Positions 17,008 through 23,519 of a stretch of 51,359 bases of DNA are shown piece by piece. Origin of the DNA: a virus. Taxonomy: Duplodnaviria > Caudoviricetes. The position numbers and the translations under genes are program-made. The notes under the pieces were generated by a model. The model did no database searches. It was not told the origin of the DNA and saw only the letters and a list, made by a program, of their open reading frames with translations. The stretch covers positions 1-51,359 of IMG/VR virus record IMGVR_UViG_3300037722_000191. One strand, written 5' to 3'. The first letter of the stretch is position 1, and each line of letters starts with the position of its first letter.

Positions 17008-17426
17008 TGCTCGAGTTCGTCGTACCCGGCGAGCCGGTCGCCAAGGGCAGGCCAAGAGCGTTTCGCGCTGGCGCCGGAATCCGCATGCATACGCCACAGA
17101 AGACCGCGACGTATGAAAACCTGGTGCGCTTCTACTGCGCCAATGCTGCGGCAAGGCCATTTTGCGGGGCGCTGGCGGCCGAAATCGTGGTGGTGCTACC
17201 CATCCCTAGGTCATGGTCAAAAAAACGGCGCAGAGAGGCGCTAATCGGTTCCGTGCATCCGACCAAGCGGCCCGATGCGGACAACTACCTAAAAAGCGCG
17301 CTCGACGGCATGAACGGGGTCGCCTTCGCGGATGACAGCCAGGTGGTGCGCGTCAGCATCGAAAAGCGATATGGCGAGGAGCCGCGAATGATGGTGATCG
17401 TGCGGGAAATCGGGAGCGCGCTATGA
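17004..17426 (+). CDS. rusA: RusA-family Holliday junction resolvase
   Basis: VPGEPVAKGRPR...KRPDADN..K..LD.MNG..F.DDSQVV....K.Y. Confidence 0.92.
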   Translation: MMLEFVVPGEPVAKGRPRAFRAGAGIRMHTPQKTATYENLVRFYCANAAARPFCGALAAEIVVVLPIPRSWSKKRRREALIGSVHPTKRPDADNYLKSALDGMNGVAFADDSQVVRVSIEKRYGEEPRMMVIVREIGSAL

Positions 17427-17719
17427 CCACCAAGGCCGAGCGCGCCCACCTCGACCGCGTGGCCAGGCTTGGGTGCGCGCTGTGCAACCGACTCGGCTAC
17501 GGCGAGAGCCCGGCAGAAATCCATCATCCGCGCACCGGTACCGGGGCAGGGCGCAAGGCGAGCCACTTCGACGCCATCCCGCTATGCCCGGCGCATCACA
17601 GGCTTGGTAATGACGCGCTGCATGTGCGCGGGCGCAAGGCGTGGGAGCGACTGCACGGCGTCACCGAGCTGGAGCTTTTGGACGAGACGCGCAACCGGAT
17701 CTACGGGGCGACACGATGA
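17423..17719 (+). CDS. Ref-like / DUF968 His-Cys nuclease
   Basis: LGCALC...AEIHH.R.G.G.G.KASH...IPLCP.HH. Confidence 0.8.
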   Translation: MTTKAERAHLDRVARLGCALCNRLGYGESPAEIHHPRTGTGAGRKASHFDAIPLCPAHHRLGNDALHVRGRKAWERLHGVTELELLDETRNRIYGATR

Positions 17720-17762
17720 CCGCGATCCGCCGGCAGTACGCCGAGAAGCGCAAGGCGATTAA

Positions 17763-17816
17763 GGGGAGCGCAGAGCTAAGTGGCGCGAAGCGTCCCGCTT
17801 GAGCGCCGGGTATGCG
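17763..17816 (-). repeat. attC-like site (degenerate), top strand on minus
   Basis: Minus: CGCATAC-CCGGC-GCT[C]AAG-CGGGACGCTTCGCGCCA-CTTAGC-TCTGC-GCTCCCC; 19 nt identical to the element at 51167-51185. Confidence 0.7.
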
Positions 17817-17835
17817 CCGACATTGGAGAAATGAG

Positions 17836-18039
17836 ATGACCGTAGCCGAACTGATTGTTTTTTTGCAAACGCAGCCACAGGGCCTGCAGGTTGCGTACCG
17901 CCGCTGCAGCGAGCAAGTCTTGCTCGATGTCGAAGAAATTGAGATCGCGGAGAAGTGCGAGCCGCGCCCGGACGGCTGGATTCAGGACAAGCGCCCGGAC
18001 AAGCCGACGCAGACTTACCTACTGCTTCCTGGCAACTAA
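17836..18039 (+). CDS. Hypothetical protein carried on an attC cassette
   Basis: GGAG SD; MTVAELI.FL..QPQ.L.V; bounded by GGTATGCG (17809) and CGCATAAC (18067). Confidence 0.7.
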   Translation: MTVAELIVFLQTQPQGLQVAYRRCSEQVLLDVEEIEIAEKCEPRPDGWIQDKRPDKPTQTYLLLPGN

Positions 18040-18092
18040 GGGCCCAGTTGATATTCAACGACACGTCGCATAACTACGGAGCGCAGCGCGAC

Positions 18093-18563
18093 ATGACACC
18101 AACGTTTCATGGCGAGATGCAACTCGCCGGCTGGTCCGAGTCGCACACCTCCGGCGCGAAGCTCACATTCTGGCTACCGGAGACGAGCGACCTTGAGGTA
18201 TTCCGCGGCATGACCGCACGCAAGGGGCACCGGGCCGGCCAGCGCTTCGCGGTGGTGCTGGTGGAGATCGGCGAGGACGAGCGGCCAGTCGAGCCCGTCG
18301 CTCAGGAAGCGCCCGCCGAGGCGCCCGTCAGGCAGAAAGGCGGAGAACTCGCGCGTCTCTCCGGCTGGTGGTGTGGGGATGAACTGTTCCGGCACTGGCT
18401 CGGCGTCGACACCGCGGAGGACGCGGCGGAGAACGTTCGCATGGCGTGCGGGATCACGAGCCGTGCCGAGCTGGATCACAACGCAGACGCGGCGCAGGAG
18501 TTCCACCGCATATACCGGGAGCCGTTCCGGCAGTACTGCCGAGACGCGGGGATCGAGCTATGA
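18093..18563 (+). CDS. Hypothetical nin-region phage protein
   Basis: GGAG SD; C-terminal CGI.SRAELDHN..A...F motif. Confidence 0.7.
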   Translation: MTPTFHGEMQLAGWSESHTSGAKLTFWLPETSDLEVFRGMTARKGHRAGQRFAVVLVEIGEDERPVEPVAQEAPAEAPVRQKGGELARLSGWWCGDELFRHWLGVDTAEDAAENVRMACGITSRAELDHNADAAQEFHRIYREPFRQYCRDAGIEL

Positions 18564-18609
18564 ACGATATCAAATTCCGCGCACCGCGGCACGAATGGGA
18601 GATGGCTTG

Positions 18610-18822
18610 ATGAGCAGCATCTACGCGAACCAGATTGAAGGCCCGACGCACAGCGTCCGTATCCAAGTCATCGGGCGTTACCCGCACGGCGAGCGCCCCC
18701 ACGCAACCGTCGAGATCGCAGGCGACGGGGACGTGGCGCACATGCTCGAAGCGTTCCAGGCCTCGCTGGTGGCGGCGGGATTCTCAGTCGAGACCGCCGC
18801 ACGCCTTGGATTTAGCGAATGA
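18610..18822 (+). CDS. Hypothetical protein
   Basis: GGGAG SD; ATGA overlap with next gene. Confidence 0.5.
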   Translation: MSSIYANQIEGPTHSVRIQVIGRYPHGERPHATVEIAGDGDVAHMLEAFQASLVAAGFSVETAARLGFSE

Positions 18823-19001
18823 CAGACACCTTCCGCCGCCTGCTATCCGCCACCCACGGCCACCAGCCGCGCTACTGCTCGCAATGCCGCTGCCAGCGAC
18901 CGAGAGCCGGCGGGCGGGAGATCCCATTCAACGGCGGCCGCAATGCCCGCTGGGTGTGCGCGCTGCACGGTGAGGTGGAGTTGATTGCGCACCACAAATA
19001 A
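18819..19001 (+). CDS. Small Zn-finger-like protein
   Basis: CSQC...RWVCALH. Confidence 0.55.
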   Translation: MTDTFRRLLSATHGHQPRYCSQCRCQRPRAGGREIPFNGGRNARWVCALHGEVELIAHHK

Positions 19002-19004
19002 TGC

Positions 19005-19033
19005 TTGACCATCGTTTGATTGCGCACTACAAT
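19005..19033 (+). promoter_or_regulatory. Sigma70 promoter, module 1
   Basis: TTGACC-17-TACAAT; overlapped by a 17-bp direct repeat also at 18981-18997. Confidence 0.75.
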
Positions 19034-19067
19034 AGATACATCAGCTCAACAAACGAAGGGGATTGAA

Positions 19068-19229
19068 ATGAACAAGCAAGAAGCCGCCGAAGTTTTCAAC
19101 AACGCTCTGATTGGCGAAACCAACCCAGAGCGTATTGCCCAGGTGGAAATGATGCGCGAGTATTTTTGCAACCCGGATTTTCGCGCCTACATGGAAAACG
19201 AAATTGCCCGCCTGAACGGTGTGCAATGA
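19068..19229 (+). CDS. Small acidic protein (module 1 cargo)
   Basis: 53 aa; AAGGGG SD; downstream of strong promoter. Confidence 0.7.
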   Translation: MNKQEAAEVFNNALIGETNPERIAQVEMMREYFCNPDFRAYMENEIARLNGVQ

Positions 19230-19429
19230 CCAAAACCAAACGAGGTGGCCCCGGAAGGGGGCAGGGGCGCAAGCCCGTCAAACCCGGCGAGATCACGGTG
19301 ACGGTCTCGCTGCGCATGACCGAGGCGCAGCGCGAGAAGCTGGCGCGACTCGGCGGCGCAGAGTGGGTGCGCGGCAAGATTGATCGCGCAAAGGGGCCGA
19401 AGCGCGGCGAAGAACAGGGGGAATCGTGA
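19226..19429 (+). CDS. RHH-like DNA-binding protein with RGGPGRGQGRK arm
   Basis: TVSLRMTEAQREKLARLGGAEWVRGKID. Confidence 0.75.
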   Translation: MTKTKRGGPGRGQGRKPVKPGEITVTVSLRMTEAQREKLARLGGAEWVRGKIDRAKGPKRGEEQGES

Positions 19430-19701
19430 TGGATTGGCAGGCGATTGAGACTGCGCCGAAGGACGGCACGCGGATTCTGGTAGGCGGCAAGTCACCGAAT
19501 GGAAACGCTGCTTACGATGCGGTCGGGCAGGCGTACTGGCGGCGCGAAATTCAGTACGCCGAAGACTCGCCAAGATGTAACGAGCCGGCAGGGTTTTATT
19601 GGGCCTCAGACAACACACGGAACGGGCTGTGCCCGTTTTACATAACGCACTGGATGCCGCTGCCGGCCCCGCCTGATACGACCGATGACCCTGCCCGCTA
19701 A
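19426..19701 (+). CDS. DUF551-like phage protein
   Basis: WQAIETAPKDGT.IL...THWMPLP.PP. Confidence 0.8.
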   Translation: MMDWQAIETAPKDGTRILVGGKSPNGNAAYDAVGQAYWRREIQYAEDSPRCNEPAGFYWASDNTRNGLCPFYITHWMPLPAPPDTTDDPAR

Positions 19702-19906
19702 TCAGTACCGAAATCCAGAGCGATGACTCGAGCGCCGCGGCCAGGACTGCACGCACTGCGCGAGCCTCATCACGTGGCGGCTGTGCGGGACGACCCTGCA
19801 GAGCTGCGACAACCCGCAGGCACCGAAAACAAGACGCGAGCAAGCGCCAGCCAGGCGCTGCGACCAGTGGCGCCACAGCAAAGCGGACGGGGGCAGTGAT
19901 GGATGA
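19685..19906 (+). pseudogene. Cys-rich ORF interrupted by an in-frame TGA at 19724-19726
   Basis: MTLPANQYRNPER*LERRGQDCTHC...C...RRC..W; fills the gap between coupled neighbours. Confidence 0.5.
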
Positions 19907-20126
19907 GACCACCGAGACGCGTCTGTTGTTGCGAATCGCGGACCTGCAGTCGCGGCTCGGCCGGCTCCATGCCGCCGCGCACCGACTCATCTCGGGAATT
20001 GATATGCCTGCGCACGTCACGGCGCGAAGTTACAGCGCCAGCGACACAAAGCGCGTGCCGGCGCGACCGCTGGCGACGCTAAGAAATGTAGTCATCAGCT
20101 TAGAACAAGGGGATAGCGGTCAATGA
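19899..20126 (+). CDS. Hypothetical protein
   Basis: ATGA overlap with Q. Confidence 0.55.
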   Translation: MDETTETRLLLRIADLQSRLGRLHAAAHRLISGIDMPAHVTARSYSASDTKRVPARPLATLRNVVISLEQGDSGQ

Positions 20127-20500
20127 TTCGTGAGTCGATATTCGAGCAATTGCGCAGAATTCCGGAAGACCTGCGGGAGACGCACGAGCGGCTGGAAAAC
20201 TGGGCCAATTGGAGCAGGGACCGTATCCGTCGCGGGCATTGCCGGTCGATCGAGTACCGCTACAAGTCGTCGGACATCTGGCAGGACAGCGAGCCGCGCG
20301 CAGAGTGGGACAGCCTGGCCGCCGAGGCGCTGCACAGCCACGTGTGCGCGCTGCCGGACAAACAGCGATGGCTCTTGCACCTTCACGTGCTTCACCGTGC
20401 CCAGGAAGGCTACATCCGGCGCGTGTTGGCGATTCGGCGCGACGAGATGGTGACGGAGCTGCACCGGGCGATGCGGATGGTGCGGAATCGGGCAAGGTAA
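20123..20500 (+). CDS. Antitermination protein Q-like
   Basis: RLENWANW motif plus sigma4-like C-terminal HTH; last gene of the nin region. Confidence 0.65.
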   Translation: MIRESIFEQLRRIPEDLRETHERLENWANWSRDRIRRGHCRSIEYRYKSSDIWQDSEPRAEWDSLAAEALHSHVCALPDKQRWLLHLHVLHRAQEGYIRRVLAIRRDEMVTELHRAMRMVRNRAR

Positions 20501-20507
20501 ATTGTTC

Positions 20508-20535
20508 TTGTAATGTTTGTTTGTGGTGCTATAAT
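20508..20535 (+). promoter_or_regulatory. Sigma70 promoter, module 2
   Basis: TTGTAA-16-TATAAT with extended -10 TG. Confidence 0.75.
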
Positions 20536-20600
20536 CAAGTTAAGGAAGCACGGCAATCGCCAAACCGGCGCCTCGCGGGAATCAGGGGTAGGAGCAGAAA

Positions 20601-20966
20601 ATGGCCGACATGATCAACATTCCCTCCCATGTTGAAATCGACGTTCGTCGCCCGGATGGCACCATCGAAACCGTGAAGCCGCGCCACCCAATGAACCCCA
20701 GCGCGCAAATGACGATGATGTCAGAACGCGAATTCCAGGCCATGAAAAAGGCCACTGCTGCGGCAGGGCGCGGCGAGTTGATCGCGTATCGGAATGTGAC
20801 CAAGGCCGTCGAGGCGCCCAAGCCGAGCGCCGCGGATCTCGCCGAGATGGAATACATCCGCAAGACCAACGCCGTCTACCGCGCCAGCGCCGGTGGCGAG
20901 CCCTGCGACCAAGTCGGCGGCGCGAATGACATCGACCGAACCCCGCCCAGCCCGACCGACTACTGA
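20601..20966 (+). CDS. Hypothetical protein (module 2 cargo)
   Basis: AGGAG SD; downstream of promoter and conserved leader. Confidence 0.7.
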   Translation: MADMINIPSHVEIDVRRPDGTIETVKPRHPMNPSAQMTMMSEREFQAMKKATAAAGRGELIAYRNVTKAVEAPKPSAADLAEMEYIRKTNAVYRASAGGEPCDQVGGANDIDRTPPSPTDY

Positions 20967-20978
20967 GAGCGCGCGGCC

Positions 20979-21368
20979 ATGACCCACAACAACCGCGGCC
21001 GCGTTACCGTCGCCCTCGGCGGTAATTGGCGGCTCTACACCAACACCATCCCGGCTGGCGGCCGAGCTATCGGAACCGTCACGATGGATGGGTTCGACAC
21101 CGGGGCGCTCGTGTTGATCGCGGCAACTGGCATCTACGTCCAAGTCAACGCCGGTGCGGTGAAATCAATCGATCAGTGCAAGTCCGTTGCGGCCGTCTCA
21201 GAGGCGCGGGAAGGGCGCGGCGGTCCAGGTCGAGGGCAAGGCCGCAAGGCGGAAGACGGCGCAACGGACGTTGAGCGCGTCACCGTCCAGCTCACGCCCG
21301 CCCAGCGCGAGAAGGTGCGCCAGAACGGCGGCTCGGCGTGGGTGCGGGGCCTGATCGACGCCGCCTAA
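20979..21368 (+). CDS. Two-domain protein with C-terminal RGGPGRGQGRK + RHH-like domain
   Basis: C-terminus paralogous to 19226-19429 (VTVQLTPAQREKVRQNGGSAWVRGLID). Confidence 0.75.
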   Translation: MTHNNRGRVTVALGGNWRLYTNTIPAGGRAIGTVTMDGFDTGALVLIAATGIYVQVNAGAVKSIDQCKSVAAVSEAREGRGGPGRGQGRKAEDGATDVERVTVQLTPAQREKVRQNGGSAWVRGLIDAA

Positions 21369-21374
21369 TTTCTC

Positions 21375-21402
21375 TTGCAATGCACGACATCCGTGCTATT
21401 AT
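21375..21402 (+). promoter_or_regulatory. Sigma70 promoter, module 3, with palindromic operator
   Basis: TTGCAA-16-TATTAT; GCACG-N5-CGTGC in the spacer. Confidence 0.75.
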
Positions 21403-21458
21403 TGAACTGTCAGCACACAGCAGACACCGCGCCTCGGGAACAGGGGCTGGAGATTCAA

Positions 21459-21665
21459 ATGACCACCATTGCCACTCTCGCCGCTAGCCTCCGTAAAGAA
21501 TCCATGTCCGTCGTCGTTCCTCAGGACCTTGATGACGCGACTATTGCCGGTCTGCTCGCTGCTGATCTGATTCGCGTGTGCGACGACGAGGAAACGCGGA
21601 ATGATCGCCGCTACGAGGTCACTGAATACGGAATGGATGTTGTGTGGTGCCGTATTGATGCCTAA
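21459..21665 (+). CDS. Small acidic protein (module 3 cargo)
   Basis: 68 aa, D/E rich; GGAG SD. Confidence 0.7.
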   Translation: MTTIATLAASLRKESMSVVVPQDLDDATIAGLLAADLIRVCDDEETRNDRRYEVTEYGMDVVWCRIDA

Positions 21666-21882
21666 CCATCCGAACCGGGGGCCGAAAGGCCCCTCTGCCA
21701 ATCCGGCGCCAGATGAAATCCGGGCGGCGCGCGAGGCCGCCGGGCTGTCGCAAACCGCAGCCGCCTCGCTGATCCATTCCACCTTGCGCACCTGGCAGGA
21801 CTGGGAGGCCGGAAAGGCTCGCATGCATCCGGGGCTGTGGGAGCTGTTCCGCGCGAAGACGAAGCTGAGCGACGCCGCTTGA
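21658..21882 (+). CDS. Small XRE-HTH regulator (Aca-like)
   Basis: P.PDEIRAAREAAGLSQTAAA.LI..TLRTWQDWE.G...MHPGLWELF. Confidence 0.85.
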   Translation: MPNHPNRGPKGPSANPAPDEIRAAREAAGLSQTAAASLIHSTLRTWQDWEAGKARMHPGLWELFRAKTKLSDAA

Positions 21883-21907
21883 TCTGCATAGCGCAACGTG
21901 CTATAAA
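21879..21907 (+). promoter_or_regulatory. Probable late promoter pR'
   Basis: TTGATC-17-TATAAA (extended TG) followed about 80 nt later by a terminator-like hairpin. Confidence 0.6.
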
Positions 21908-21985
21908 CCGCGCAGAGTACAGCCACCACTGTAAAAGTGAGACTGGATGCCGAAGGCAGGCATCCGGCCCTCTGAACAGAATGAC

Positions 21986-22018
21986 CGCCCGCCATCTCGC
22001 AAGGATCGCGGGCGTTTT
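21986..22018 (+). terminator. tR'-like terminator
   Basis: CGCCCGC...GCGGGCG-TTTT. Confidence 0.6.
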
Positions 22019-22019
22019 G

Positions 22020-22068
22020 CTAAGCCTGATGAGTCCGGAGGGACGAAACGCAACGATGCGTCGCTTAG
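22020..22068 (+). ncRNA. Type I hammerhead ribozyme
   Basis: Stem I CTAAGC/GCTTAG; core CTGATGA; stem II GTCC-GGAG-GGAC; GAA; stem III ACGCA-ACGA-TGCGT; GUC cleavage triplet (after C22062). Confidence 0.92.
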
Positions 22069-22329
22069 GCCCATTACCGGCGCTGTGAATGGGACAAGGC
22101 CAGCCATTAGCCTTGAGCGTGTTCGAAATAGCACGCTCAAGGCTAAGACCGACCATGGCTGGCGTGGTAGTCGGATACGAAGCGCCGGACGAATAGACGA
22201 GCCAAGCCTAGAACGCTGGATCACCGGCAGTGCTGGCCCGACAGGGCGATGCTCAAGCCGGCGCGTCACGAACTCGCCGCACAGGGAGCGCGGTTTGTCC
22301 CCGTGGCAGTGAAAAGCTGCCGACCATTC

Positions 22330-22370
22330 AACGCCTCGCCTTCCTCACGGATCGCGGGGCGTTTGCTTTT
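22330..22370 (+). terminator. Second terminator-like hairpin in the late leader
   Basis: AACGCCTCGC...GCGGGGCGTT-TGCTTTT. Confidence 0.55.
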
Positions 22371-22510
22371 GGCGTCACCTCGAAGGAGCGTGATCCATAT
22401 CGGAGCCGGTGGAAGCCCGGCGAACTGCCGAGCAGTTCTCGGCTGTTCAAGCGCCGACGAGGCGACGCGTCCCGCAGCAGGATACCCGAACAACTACGGA
22501 AGGACAGACG

Positions 22511-23107
22511 ATGGCGCTCACGGCTAAGCAGCAGTGTTTCGTCGCGGAGTATCTGATCGATCTCAACGCGACGCAAGCCGCGACAAGAGCAGGGTACAAG
22601 TTCGCCGAAGCAGTCAGCTTCTATACCTACCTTCTGATCGATCCGCGTGACGGTCGCGTGTTCTACGTTGGCAAAGGGAAGGGCGCCAGGATGGCGTCGC
22701 ACGCTAAGCGCGCTGCAGCAGGGAAGGTCGATAACGCAGAGAAGCACAAGCGGATTTCCGAGATTCGCGCCGCCGGGATGAAGGTTTCTGAACTCGTGTT
22801 TGCTGCGTATGGCAACGAGCAAGATGCTTTCGCGGCCGAGTGTGAGCTTATCGAGCAGTTCCGCGACCATGGGATCACGAACATCGTCGGCGGGGTTGTC
22901 ACGAACGCCGAGCGCGCAAGAGAGCAGGCGAAGGTGATTCTCGGGCGCATGAAGACATTCGACCACTGGATGGAAACAATTCGCCCATATCAACTGGACG
23001 CGGTGACAAAGCTGGGTGGCGCGAGGAAGTTCTACGACGACTCGCTAGCATTCTGGAAGAGGATGGCAGAGCTTCCTGTGTCAAACGGTGATCGGAATGG
23101 CTGCTGA
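22511..23107 (+). CDS. GIY-YIG (LEM-3-like) endonuclease fused to a terminase small subunit N-terminus
   Basis: MALTAKQQCFVAEYLIDLNATQAA.RAGY followed by FYTYLLIDPRDG.VFYVGKG...R...H...A...E..LI......TN. Confidence 0.8.
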   Translation: MALTAKQQCFVAEYLIDLNATQAATRAGYKFAEAVSFYTYLLIDPRDGRVFYVGKGKGARMASHAKRAAAGKVDNAEKHKRISEIRAAGMKVSELVFAAYGNEQDAFAAECELIEQFRDHGITNIVGGVVTNAERAREQAKVILGRMKTFDHWMETIRPYQLDAVTKLGGARKFYDDSLAFWKRMAELPVSNGDRNGC

Positions 23108-23519
23108 CTGGCCTGCTATTCGCACCGAGTACGTGCATGGCACAAAGACCATGCGCGAGCTTGCAGATTCGCACGGCATCAAGGCGGCAGGGCTTATGCG
23201 GCGCGCAGCAAAAGAGGGCTGGGAAGCGGAGCGTAAGCAGAAGTCAGCAGAAGTCAGCAGGGTTGCAGGCGATTCCCTCACTGTGACGCGCATCGACGAA
23301 CTGGCGCAATTCAACGCCGCAGACCTCGAAATGGCGCGCGCGATTCGCAGCAAAGCGCAGACCATGCTCGATGAGGCCGCATCGCCCGCAGACCTCCGCG
23401 CACTCGCCTCTGCTGTGGATACGGCACAGAAGGTCGGGCGCCTGGCGCTCGGCGCGAGCACTGAGAACAGCACGGTCACGACGCGCGAACTCCCGGCCTC
23501 CGTCGATGACTTCGTATGA
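23097..23519 (+). CDS. Terminase small subunit
   Basis: DW.AIR.EY..G....RELA..HGI....L..RA.KEGW HTH; directly upstream of TerL. Confidence 0.8.
   Translation: MAADWPAIRTEYVHGTKTMRELADSHGIKAAGLMRRAAKEGWEAERKQKSAEVSRVAGDSLTVTRIDELAQFNAADLEMARAIRSKAQTMLDEAASPADLRALASAVDTAQKVGRLALGASTENSTVTTRELPASVDDFV

Noticed and set aside
22070-22095. HDV-like ribozyme suggested by GAATGGGAC
   Set aside because: No catalytic C before GAA and no nested P1/P3/P1.1 arrangement found
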